The notes beneath the pieces are model-generated. The model was given only the letters and a program-made list of their open reading frames with translations. It was not told the DNA's origin and searched no databases. The translations under genes and the position numbers were made by a program. Below are positions 26,963-41,098 of a DNA stretch of 64,000 bases, one piece after another. Each line of letters starts with the position of its first letter. The stretch's first letter is position 1. This stretch comes from Eledone cirrhosa (taxonomy: Eukaryota). The stretch spans positions 17,918,001 to 17,982,000 of the forward strand of contig OZ024745.1 of assembly GCA_964016885.1 (NCBI GenBank), given 5' to 3'.

Positions 26963-28506
26963 TACCCATCTTCCGGCCTCTCTAGAGAATCGTAAAAGCA
27001 CATATCGTTATATGCTTTTTCTATGAAAATTAGTAGTGGGCAGACTAATTTGCATAGAGTGTGAGTAAGTACCGGTTCAACGGAGACGATAAAAACAAAT
27101 AACGAAACGAAATTAAATTTCGTTTCGTTTGTAACTCACTTTTGTATGACTGACGCTTAAACAATTAAGTTAAAGATGTACATCCATATATGTATACTGA
27201 AATACTAGTATGTATATGAATACACACACGTATACATATGTAGATGTACCAAGTTTTTTCACTGGTCACTTTACTGTGAGTGGCCAGCTATTCTGTATGT
27301 AAACACACAGACAAACCGGTTTTTAGAGTCATACTGGTTTTTGAGGAAACACCTTTCCTCTATTCTCCAGAAAGCCAGACAAGGAATATTGAACTAGTTT
27401 CGTTGTTGTTACAACTCATCAGCAATATTTACCCATCTTCCGGTCTCTCTAGAGAATCGTAAAAGCACATATCGTTATATGCTTTTTCTATGAAAATTAG
27501 TAGTGGGCAGACTAATTTGCATAGAGTGTGAGTAAGTACCGGTTCAACGGAGACGATAAAAACAAATAACGAAACGAAATTAAATTTCGTTTCGTTTGTA
27601 ACTCACTTTTGTATGACTGACGCTTAAACAATTAAGTTAAAGATGTACATCCATATATGTATACTGAAATACTAGTATGTATATGAATACACACACGTAT
27701 ACATATGTAGATGTACCAAGTTTTTTCACTGGTCACTTTACTGTGAGTGGCCAGCTATTCTGTATGTAAACACACAGACAAACCGGTTTTTAGAGTCATA
27801 CTGGTTTTTGAGGAAACACCTTTCCTCTATTCTCCAGAAAGCCAGACAAGGAATATTGAACTAGTTTCGTTGTTGTTACAACTCATCAGCAATATTTACC
27901 CATCTTCCGGCCTCTCTAGAGAATCGTAAAAGCACATATCGTTATATGCTTTTTCTATGAAAATTAGTAGTGGGCAGACTAATTTGCATAGAGTGTGAGT
28001 AAGTACCGGTTCAACGGAGACGATAAAAACAAATAACGAAACGAAATTAAATTTCGTTTCGTTTGTAACTCACTTTTGTATGACTGACGCTTAAACAATT
28101 AAGTTATAGAGGAAAGGTGTTTCCTCAAAAACCAGTATGACTCTAAAAACCGGTTTGTCTGTGTGTTTACATACAGAATAGCTGGCCACTCACAGTAAAG
28201 TGACCAGTGAAAAAACTTGGTACATCTACATATGTATACGTGTGTGTATTCATATACATACTAGTATTTCAGTATACATATATGGATGTACATCTTTAAC
28301 TTAATTGTTTAAGCGTCAGTCATACAAAAGTGAGTTACAAACGAAACGAAATTTAATTTCGTTTCGTTATTTGTTTTTATCGTCTCCGTTGAACCGGTAC
28401 TTACTCACACTCTATGAAAATTAGTCTGCCCACTACTAATTTTCATAGAAAAAGCATATAACGATATGTGCTTTTACGATTCTCTAGAGAGGCCGGAAGA
28501 TGGGTA

Positions 28507-28551
28507 AATATTGCTGATGAGTTGTAACAACAACGAAACTAGTTCAATATT
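28507..28551 (+). ncRNA. Type I hammerhead ribozyme (identical copies at 28974-29018, 29441-29485)
   Basis: aatattg-CTGATGA-gttgt-aaca-acaac-GAAA-ctag-TT-caatatt: 7-bp stem I, 5-bp stem II, palindromic CTAG stem III. Confidence 0.88.
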
Positions 28552-29774
28552 CCTTGTCTGGCTTTCTGGAGAATAGAGGAAAGGTGTTTCCTCAAAAATC
28601 AGTATGACTCTAAAAACCGGTTTGTCTGTGTGTTTACATACAGAATAGCTGGCCACTCACAGTAAAGTGACCAGTGAAAAAACTTGGTACATCTACATAT
28701 GTATACGTGTGTGTATTCATATACATACTAGTATTTCAGTATACATATATGGATGTACATCTTTAACTTAATTGTTTAAGCGTCAGTCATACAAAAGTGA
28801 GTTACAAACGAAACGAAATTTAATTTCGTTTCGTTATTTGTTTTTATCGTCTCCGTTGAACCGGTACTTACTCACACTCTATGCAAATTAGTCTGCCCAC
28901 TACTAATTTTCATAGAAAAAGCATATAACGATATGTGCTTTTACGATTCTCTAGAGAGGCCGGAAGATGGGTAAATATTGCTGATGAGTTGTAACAACAA
29001 CGAAACTAGTTCAATATTCCTTGTCTGGCTTTCTGGAGAATAGAGGAAAGGTGTTTCCTCAAAAACCAGTATGACTCTAAAAACCGGTTTGTCTGTGTGT
29101 TTACATACAGAATAGCTGGCCACTCACAGTAAAGTGACCAGTGAAAAAACTTGGTACATCTACATATGTATACGTGTGTGTATTCATATACATACTAGTA
29201 TTTCAGTATACATATATGGATGTACATCTTTAACTTAATTGTTTAAGCGTCAGTCATACAAAAGTGAGTTACAAACGAAACGAAATTTAATTTCGTTTCG
29301 TTATTTGTTTTTATCGTCTCCGTTGAACCGGTACTTACTCACACTCTATGCAAATTAGTCTGCCCACTACTAATTTTCATAGAAAAAGCATATAACGATA
29401 TGTGCTTTTACGATTCTCTAGAGAGGCCGGAAGATGGGTAAATATTGCTGATGAGTTGTAACAACAACGAAACTAGTTCAATATTCCTTGTCTGGCTTTC
29501 TGGAGAATAGAGGAAAGGTGTTTCCTCAAAAACCAGTATGACTCTAAAAACCGGTTTGTCTGTGTGTTTACATACAGAATAGCTGGCCACTCACAGTAAA
29601 GTGACCAGTGAAAAAACTTGGTACATCTACATATGTATACGTGTGTGTATTCATATACATACTAGTATTTCAGTATACATATATGGATGTACATCTTTAA
29701 CTTAATTGTTTAAGCGTCAGTCATACAAAAGTGAGTTACAAACGAAACGAAATTTAATTTCGTTTCGTTATTTG

Positions 29775-29822
<48 letters not shown>

Positions 29823-30486
29823 GGTATGGCTATGTGTATGTATGTGTATGCGTGTACACACGCGCATATATATATATGTGTGTATATATATGCGTGTATA
29901 TATGTGTGTGTGTGTGTATGTGTGTGTATATATGCATGTGTGTGTGTGTATGTGTGTGTGTGTGTATATATATATATGTATGCGTGTGTGTAGATATGTT
30001 TGTGTGTGTGTGTGTGTATGTGTGTGTGTGTGTGTGTGTATGTATGAATGTTTGTATATGTTTGTTTTTAGAGGAACAAGGCAGACAGATTTCTGTATTC
30101 AGATTGGAGCCAATCCTTATCATTAGGTTTCTCTTTAGCTTACATGTGTCTGTAAGATCAGTATGGGGTCAGTCATGGTAGATAGATTTGGAGGAAGGGG
30201 AGATTCCTTAAAAGCTAAATTCTTAAAGGTTCTAGTAAATTGACGAAGGTTTAGGGAATTCTGTAGACAATTTCTAAGTATAATCTATACAACTGTAGCC
30301 ATAAATTCACGAGACACTTTCAACAGAACATACCCACTCATACAATCGCGCGCACCCATGGGCACGCGTACGCATGCGCGTATGCGCGCATGCACGCACA
30401 CACATGTGTATGGGGGAATATATTTATATTTGTATACGCGTGCGTGCGTGCGTGCGCGCATACACATGCGCGCGTGTGTGTGTGTG

Positions 30487-30532
<46 letters not shown>

Positions 30533-30645
30533 TGTATACATATACAGATTCTCATCTATATTAAAACTTCCAGGCTCTGCGGTGTACTGAGTGCCTTGCT
30601 TACTATGGCTGCCTCCGATTCAACCCGGAATAACGTGTGTGTGTA

Positions 30646-30700
<55 letters not shown>

Positions 30701-30927
30701 CTTTATGTTTTTTCGTGTATGTGTGGTTGTATGTGTAGTCTTATTTTATTTTTCCTTTCCTTCTTCCTTCTCCAGCCTCACTTTCATATAGCTTGCTTTT
30801 TTTGTTTTTAAGATCCAAATTCAATAAACAAACCAGGATTTTTTCATTCTGAGGATTGAAAGCAAAACCTTTTGCTTTTAAGAAATCACTGGTAAATGGA
30901 ATAATTGCCTTATGTTGTTTATTATAT

Positions 30928-31002
<75 letters not shown>

Positions 31003-31023
31003 CATATATAAAGTATATACATA

Positions 31024-31098
<75 letters not shown>

Positions 31099-31173
31099 CT
31101 GTGTGTGTGTGTGTGTATAAAATGATGTAATTAAGTCAAATATTTAAGATTTGGCTTCGTTTATTAAAGATGT

Positions 31174-31228
31174 ACTGCTATATATATTTAGGTAACAGCC
31201 ATCATTGGCTGTGACCTCTTCATGCAGT
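31174..31228 (-). ncRNA. Decayed hammerhead motif, same family as 14271-14326
   Basis: Reverse complement reads actgc-ATGAAGA-ggtcacagccaatgatggctgttacc-TAAA-tatata-TA-gcagt (two core mutations). Confidence 0.5.
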
Positions 31229-32533
31229 TCGAATAGGTGTGGTAGAGACAGGTACACTTGTTAAAGTGTTTTACTCGGTCAATACTCCGATATGTCCAGC
31301 TCCTGGTTGGGTTGTTATTTCTCAGAGGAACTGGAATCATATGAATCCAAACGAACGAATTTTGGCATCATAGGACACGCTCTCCTCCCATTGGTCAGTT
31401 GTGAGAACATTCCTCAGTCAAAAGTCTATAGAAATGTTTTTCTCGGGCAAGACAATCTGTTGTGGTTGTTTTTGTTAAGTACAGCTGACCTCCTCCCTTG
31501 TGTTTATTGGTGTTAGGGGGTCAGCTGGCAGGTCAGCCTTAGTTCTACTGCTGCTGTCTTTAGAAGAATGAGTGAGTGTGGGTTGGCGTCAATACTTCCA
31601 CCCTTTCACGTGGTGGGGGGTGCCAAACAGATAATGGAATAAGATAAGGTAAAATGAAGAAATAAAATATAAAATAATAAGTTAAAATAAATAATAAAAT
31701 AATAATTGTTTCTACTTTTGGCACAAGGCCAGTATTAACAGTGTATTACTGGTACTTTATTTTATCAACCCTATAAGGATGAAAGGCAAAGTTAACCTCG
31801 GCGGGATTTGAACTCAGAATGGCAAGGGCCGTAACTCTATACGTCAAAACATGGCGTCCGACCCTCTACCGACACTGCCAATCCACCGCCCTATAAATAA
31901 TAAAATAATAATATACGATACAATAAAATGAAGAAGTAAAAAAATAAATAAATAAATGAATAACATAGAACAGAATGCGTGTTTGTCATAGCCAATATCA
32001 AATATCAAAGAAGAATAAAGTGCGTGTGTGTTATAGCCAATATTAAAGTTTGAAAGATTTGGAAAACATTGACTGAAGTATAAAGGCTATGTGTCAGAAT
32101 CGGGAAATGCAAAGGATCACAATCTTTACACTATCATGGGGTGGTGCGTTTTAAGAGCAAATGAGGCAAGAGTGGGGTGCAGAACACCATAAACTGAGTG
32201 TCAAATTCCGAAAATTCAGCGGACTACATTTTTTAATTCGGCATAGAGTACATATGCGTGTATGTCAACCCACATCGTTGCAAGCCCACATGCACCAACA
32301 CGGGCCCAGGTGCATCCCATATTTACATACACCCACACACCCACATATATATATGTATATATATATACACACACACATATGTAAGTATCAGTGCATGTAC
32401 AATCTTAAATAACAGGATTTATGTATGGACATATGCATAAGTCTGTGCTGCCATAGGAGTCAATCGAGGCAGGGGTAGGGGTGGTGAAAGTGTAGGGGGT
32501 GGTTTACCGTGGGCTTGGTGTGGCGGGGCTACT

Positions 32534-32830
32534 GTCCCTATAGCTTGAGGGGAGTTCCCTTCCCAATGCGTTGTTGTTGCCCATATAGCTAGGGGAAGGT
32601 CCCGGCCCTAGGTGTCTACATATCCCGGGAAAGTCCCTATAGCTTGAGGGTAGTTCCCATTCCAAAGTGTTGTTATTGTTCATATAGCTTGAGGAAGGTC
32701 CGGGCCTGGGGTGTCTACATGTCCCAGAGAAATCCCTATAGCTTGAGGGAAGTTCCCCTCCCAGTATGTTGTTATTATCTATATAGCTTTAGGAAGGTCC
32801 CGGCCCTGAGGTGTCTACATGTCCCGCAGA
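32534..32830. repeat. ~100-bp tandem repeat x3 at the 3' end of the second PLE ORF
   Basis: tccctatagcttgagg recurs at ~32535, 32634 and 32733. Confidence 0.8.
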
Positions 32831-33350
32831 AATCAGTGCTGAGGTTTATCAGGCTGCTTCCACCGCTGAGTATCTCGAGGGTCTCGCTCAGACATAGTTT
32901 GCAGATGCCAGATCCCCTTTATCAGGTGGTACTTTCCTGATTTGGGACCAGGCCAGAGAGTACGGAGTCCTATCCAGCTTGAGCTTCCAGATCAGTTCGG
33001 AAAGAGCCGTACTTTTCCTTTTGTCCTCCCTGCTAAAGGAAATGCGATGGTTATACCATCGGTCCTTAAAGCTCGTTGATGTGGCTCCTATGGAAATGTG
33101 TTCAGAGTTGGGGGTTTTTACTCTACATCCGTGTATTAAGTCCTTCCTTAGGCATTCATTACTAAGGGGGCATAATGCTGGGTTTCTGCAGTTGCAGGAG
33201 ATGGTCGACCTCCGCGTGCCTAATGTGGGGTTCACGTTGCGTATTATATGGTGGTCCTCCGCGTGCCCGGGGTGGGGGGTCCCTGGTTCTGTTTGGGTTA
33301 CTGGGTGCACCCTTCTTTCCCTCTACATGGTTCTGCCCTCCACATGGTTC
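32810..33350 (-). pseudogene. PLE GIY-YIG endonuclease fragment (Nematis-like signature)
   Basis: CNCRNPALCPLSNEC..LIH..SIGAT..FKDRWYNHRISF..STALSELIWKLK, followed in another frame by a C-x2-C...LN...CRH-like terminus. Confidence 0.8.
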
Positions 33351-33395
33351 ATATTAAAATATATATATATATATATATAAATATATATGTGTATA

Positions 33396-33712
33396 TCTAG
33401 GGCGGGTAAAATTCCCGAGATCCATGGACGAGTTCTCTCCAGCGGTCTCTGTCCCTCATTATCGCTGCCATGCCTTGCGTCTCCAACAGACCAGTGTCTG
33501 TCCTTAGGGCATCAACATACTTTAACCTTGGTCTTCCTCTTCCAGTGTGTCAGAGCAGGAGAGTTAAGGCTAAAAAGGTATCAGATGCTGAATATGCAGA
33601 CAACATAGTTTTGGTGACAAATACAGTGAAGGAGGCAGAGGATTTGATGCGGGAGGTTGAGACTGTGTCGATGAGTGTGGGGCTGAGAATGAATGAGACT
33701 AAAACAAAATAT
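33396..33712. mobile_element. RTE-like LINE fragment with internal inversion
   Basis: 33396-33548 minus strand: GRGRPRLKYVDAL..MRDRDRWREL..* (RTE C-terminus). 33549-33712 plus strand: DAEYADNIVLV..GLRMNETKTKY (RT core). Confidence 0.7.
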
Positions 33713-33726
33713 GTGTATATATATAG

Positions 33727-33778
<52 letters not shown>

Positions 33779-33779
<1 letters not shown>

Positions 33780-35258
33780 TGTTTCTTTTATTTGCCACCA
33801 GGGCATCAAAAGTGGGACAAGTACAATGGGGGGAGTTTACAAAACAAGGCGTCCTCAATAAGGAGGAGGCAATAACAATATATAAAAATAAAATAAAATA
33901 TAACAATAAATAAAATTTATAACAAAGTCCTCAATAGAGAGGAGGCGCCTTGGGGAGTCGCACACACCCCCGAAAAAAGTGTGCAACCCTTCTCCTCAGG
34001 AGCACAGAGAAGGGGTGCTCCCTTGGTCTTTCATCTTCCTCACCTATAGTCTGATGTAGAGTGAAGGCCCATTCACACGGGCCATTCTCGCCACTTTCAC
34101 CCATCTTTCATAGAAACGGCTGGGGTGCAGCACCTCTCTCTCCATCCTGATCCTTCTTCCGAAATGATATCGGAAGAAACGGACCAGTTGTTGGCCAGAG
34201 AGAAAGGTGTCTGACCTCAGTCCTTTCAGACGCGTCCACCATACAAACTCTTTCGCCATGGCTATTACGCACAGAAACACCGCCTCTCCTTCGTTTTTGA
34301 AGAGGGGAGGCGGCTTGATCGTTACAATAGACTCGGTGGTCAACCGGATTGGTCCCACCCTTGACAGCAGTTGTTCGACATAACCCCACAGATCGGCAAT
34401 GCCCGAGCAGTGTACCAATGCGTGTGCAACGGTTTCCTCGTCGCACACGCATCTGGGACAGATCTTTTTCGATGGGTCCCTACCCGGGCGCCCGTGTCTG
34501 TAGAGCCTTTCTCGAACGGGCAGAGCCCTTCTGTAGCATTGCCAGGCCAGGGACCTCTGGAAGTTATCCATGGGTCCCGGGCTGAATGTCCTACCGAACA
34601 GGTTGGCTAGTTCGTCTTCCTCCATGCCTAGGGCTTCTCCGAGGGCGTCGTCGCACCTGCTAACCACCAGCCCTCTATAGAATGACGAGGTGGATTATCC
34701 ACTGACACTCGGGTCCGCCTGCCAGAGAGCCGTGAGCGCCTGGGCGCACTCGGTGTGCCAGGCGCCCAGTTTTCTCGGTCTTTGCTTGACCCAGGATTGC
34801 AGCTCGGTGAGTGAGACGAGTCTGGGAAAGGCTAGCCTCACAAACGGAGCCCACACCGGTTGACCGGAGAGGAATACCTGGAGGTGCCGTAGCCTTAATG
34901 CGTGTTTACGTATCATTAGCCACGGCATCCCCAGCCCTCCTTTCGAAGGGTGTTGACAGCAGATGGATCTCCTCACCATAGGAGCCCGCTTCTTCCAAAG
35001 GAATTGGAAGAGTGCGCGCTCCATTTTGGCGAGCGTTTCCCTTGGGCAAGGCACAACGGTCAGGCGGTAGTAGATGACGGACGCTATATAAGTGTTCGCC
35101 ACCTCCGCCCGTCCTTTCAGGGACAGTTTGCACTCGGCCCACTTCTGGGTCAGTGCAAACACCCTGTTCGTCACCTCACCCCAGTTCTTCTCCACCTGGA
35201 GGTCTGGTCCGAACCAGACCCCGAGCAACTTCACCGGGCCCTCCGTCCAGCGTCCGAC
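33779..35258 (-). mobile_element. Tx1 copy 3, 5'-truncated (1.5 kb), in (GATA)n
   Basis: ORF2 C-terminal part (VGRWTEGPVKLLG...CPRC...GPSLYIRL) and 3' UTR are similar to copies 1 and 2. (GATA)n at 33726-33778 and 35259-35326. Confidence 0.93.
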
Positions 35259-35326
<68 letters not shown>

Positions 35327-35893
35327 TAGAAAAGAATGAAATGAAATTTCGTGTCTCTCTCTTAGTAGGGCTGATACTTAAATATAAGTATGTATACCTA
35401 CATACATATATGTATACAGACGTACAGTAGTATGCATATATATACATACATGCACCCATATCTATATATATATATATATGTACGTATGGGTTTACCGAAC
35501 ATTTATTATAATGCTCTGTTTGTCTGTAAACAAACAGCCCGCATTAAGCCGTACAGTGTTCGGCAACCATCGTTGCCCTTTTGTTCAACACTGACAGACG
35601 AATGATGTACTAGTTTCAAGCTTATTAGCTATCGTCAGCATCGTATATCTTCCTGTCAGATGATTGAACGTTTGAAAGTATATACTTTCCTTATGCATAT
35701 TAACGGCAGAGCAGCCTAATTTGCATATCGAGGGCGTTAGTCGGCTGGGCACACCGAAAACGATAAATGGAAAAGAATGAAATGAAATTTCATTTCTCAC
35801 TCTTAGTACGGCTGATACTTAAATATAAGTATGTATATGTACATATATATATGTATACAGATGAACAGAAGTATGTATATATATACATACATG

Positions 35894-35900
<7 letters not shown>
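35327..35900 (-). mobile_element. ~1.3 units of a 440-bp HHR-bearing element related to the 467-bp array
   Basis: Direct repeat aaagaatgaaatgaaatttc at 35331 and 35771. HHR at 35604-35642(-): gatg-CTGACGA-tagctaataagctt-GAAA-ctag-TA-catc. Confidence 0.8.
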
Positions 35901-35926
<26 letters not shown>

Positions 35927-36027
35927 CGCTGTACCCGCAACCGCTCTGTATAATCAGTTCCTGATTATTACTGGAATTCTATAAGAATTCACCATCTATA
36001 ATTTTCAACAAACATCGGAGAGTACTA

Positions 36028-36069
36028 AGCTCTGATGATCACCAACATTGTGAAACAGGGCTGTCAGCT
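36028..36069 (+). ncRNA. Type I hammerhead motif
   Basis: agct-CTGATGA-tcaccaacattgt-GAAA-cagggctg-TC-agct; stem II is weak. Confidence 0.6.
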
Positions 36070-36182
36070 GATCTCCCTTTGTTTGTTTGAAAAACGAAAT
36101 AAGAGACATAGGCACTACTTTTGAATAATAGCGCAAGGTCTTCACAATGTTTTTAATTAAGCATACAGTATATTGCCAAATA

Positions 36183-36228
<46 letters not shown>

Positions 36229-36311
36229 TATTTACGTATCGAGAGAGAGAAAAAAGGGGAGGATTGGTGATACTTATAGTTATATGTATCGATTTCTTAC
36301 TTTCCCACGTG

Positions 36312-36359
<48 letters not shown>

Positions 36360-36779
36360 TGTAAATGTGTGGATGTGCATGTATGTTTGCATACATATGT
36401 ATTATGACTATACTATTTTCAATCTTCAACAATTATTTTTTCTTTTCATATAATCTAAAATATATGTGAATTGAGATTTGCGAGTATTATACCCTACTGA
36501 ATAAAAACGACATTTCGTATCACTACACATACTTCATTCAGCAACTCGATATCAATAGGGATATTAGCAGAAACATACATATATATATATGTATATATAT
36601 GTATATATATGTTTTAACGGTTTGTTCTCCTATATTTATATCTCCACGTGCTTACGCTCTGCTAATTCTCTCGCCCACTAGATATTAACACTTCTAATAT
36701 TTAACACTACCGGCACTAGCATTGAGCACCCTTTGCATTTGCTATTGGCAAATAACTACATGTATCGCCTATCCCTCCT

Positions 36780-36855
<76 letters not shown>

Positions 36856-37065
36856 AGAAAGTATGACCCGACGGCAGAGATCGAGCCGTTTCGACGGCTA
36901 TTTAATCCAGAAATACCCACTCTACTACCCTAAGTATTCAGTACTCTGGTGCGTTATGATCCATCTGGTTCCTTACCACAACTCCTTCGTTATATATATA
37001 TATATATAGAAATATATAGAACTATATCTATATATCTATCTGTGTCTATCTATCTATCCGTCTCC

Positions 37066-37119
<54 letters not shown>

Positions 37120-37190
37120 GTATATATAGAATATATGTATATATATTTATATATATATATACGCATGTAGGTGTGTGTGTGTGTGTGTGT

Positions 37191-37248
<58 letters not shown>

Positions 37249-38078
37249 ATATATATATATATATTATGTGTGGTTCCTTGACATTACTATCCTTATTATA
37301 TATATGTTTCTTCAAACACGTATATATATATATATGTATGTACAAATGGATCACATAATCACACTGATATATATATATATACCCACGTTGGCTACAAATA
37401 CATGCACGCACACACAAATTAAAATATGTATATGGATGCATACATATACATATATATATTTATAAATATATGTATGTATATGGATGCATACATATACATA
37501 TATATACTTATAAATATATGTGTGTGTATGTTTCATAAGGTGCAGGTTATATTTTCGCATGTATGTGTATGCTGATATGTGTGTATGTTGTGCTCTTATT
37601 ACACTTTTTAAAAAATGATTCCCCAAACATATATTTAAAGTTCAATAAATTAGATAAATACATAAGATTCCATTAATGATGGAAGTATATGAAAAACAGA
37701 GAGGAGAAGCAATTTTATATGACAGCAATCACTACATTGAACATTGATGGCTGAAATGTGTGTCATTGTACAGGATTCTGTGTACACAGTGGAATATTTT
37801 TCTCTGCTTCAACATGAATATTCCTTAGATGGAAAAACAAATAAATTTCTATTAAGTGATTAAACGACATCAACATTCACCATTCATAAAAACACGTGAT
37901 GATGTAAGTACATACACACGCATCCCTCCGTAAAACAATACACCCATATATATATACATTGCTGATATATTGTTGGAAAAATAAAAATAAATAATTTTTT
38001 TTCATTATTGCAATAACCAAATCAGAACCCTTTAAGCACATACATACATACAGAGGCACACACATACACACGCACACC

Positions 38079-38185
<107 letters not shown>

Positions 38186-38834
38186 CCCCTCCCCCCACAC
38201 ACAGATATATAGCGAAACATTCCTTTATAGTTACAATATCAGAAGAAACTTCTGCAGATTGAGGTTAAAACATAAAACATAATAGAAAGAACGTGAGGAT
38301 TGTGGAGTACACAGGAATATAATGAAACAGGTTTCTAATGGTTTGTGATTTCGAGTCTAGGGGCTCTTCAGGCCAAAATTTATGCCTTAAGAAACTGAGA
38401 GTACACTGCTGCTATTCACCTTCCATGGTTAACAATGGACTGAAGCACCTGGTATTCACCATTTGTTTCATTTAACTAGACTGGGGCTACGTTAAATGAA
38501 ATTAATTTTGCTATGATACAACACACCACTGACTACGCATTGCAAAATCATCACATTTGCGTCTTGAGTTCATCAAGCGCACATCGAGGCCCTTCTTCAA
38601 TCGATCTAGACAGCTTCATTTATAAGATGTTGCCCTATTGCCATATTCAAATATATGAATATTGTTACACCTTTCAGAATTGAACCGTCTGTTGTCAATT
38701 GTATTTAATCTAATATATCAACTGTAATATGTTGAACAAACAATTATTTATAAGTATGGAATTGTTCTCATAATACCTAAAGGAATATGTACTTTTTCAG
38801 AATTTGTAAATTGTATATGCCACATGGCTATATG

Positions 38835-39085
38835 AGGAGGCGTGTTGCCTAGTGTTAAGTGTGTTGGATTAACCATCATATCGGGTTTCGATTCCTTGAC
38901 TGGATTTTGTTTTTCAGCAAAACACTTCCTTTCCCCCTACTCAAGAATAATCAGCGGAGAATGAGTACCAACAAGAACTGAGGGTATAACCCTGCGATGG
39001 ACTGGCATCCTGTACAGCAGGCAATTTTGTAATCTCAATCACCTACCGCCAAGGAAACCGGCCGATTGAGATTGCGAGCTTGAGA
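38835..39085 (+). mobile_element. tRNA-headed SINE of a second family (possible relative ~52490-52620, minus strand)
   Basis: A-box-like tgttgcctagtg, B-box-like ggtttcgattcc, body with aaccctgcgatggactggcatcc. Confidence 0.5.
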
Positions 39086-39242
39086 CAGATTTTAGAAGAT
39101 CCCGTTAAGAGTGAAAGCAACGATTATATGCTTAAACTTTAATCTGTTATTTTGATAAATATTTGCTCTAGGGTTCTTATATATTTGACATATATTTATC
39201 CTTATCGAGCCCTCTTTGGATTTTAGTCTGCAAATTTATTAT

Positions 39243-40855
<1,613 letters not shown>

Positions 40856-40984
40856 ATATATATATATATATAACGAAGGAAATATGGTAAGGAACCAGAT
40901 GGACCATAACGCACCAAAGTAGTTTTAGTCCATAATTAGCCGTCTAAACGGCTTGAGCTCAGCCGTCGGGGTTCTACTCGTTTC

Positions 40985-41098
<114 letters not shown>

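Larger units (their letters stand above)
26696..29779. mobile_element. Palindromic tandem array of a 467-bp hammerhead-containing non-coding unit (retrozyme-like or PLE pseudo-LTR-only element)
   Basis: Three units at 26696-28105, then ~3.6 reverse-complement units at 28106-29779. Copies differ at very few positions. (TA)n on both sides. Confidence 0.9.

Noticed and set aside
26813-29590. Six copies of a 60-aa ORF (MASYSVCKHTDK...)
   Set aside because: GTG start, no recognisable motif, and antisense to the ribozyme strand; a by-product of the tandem repeat.
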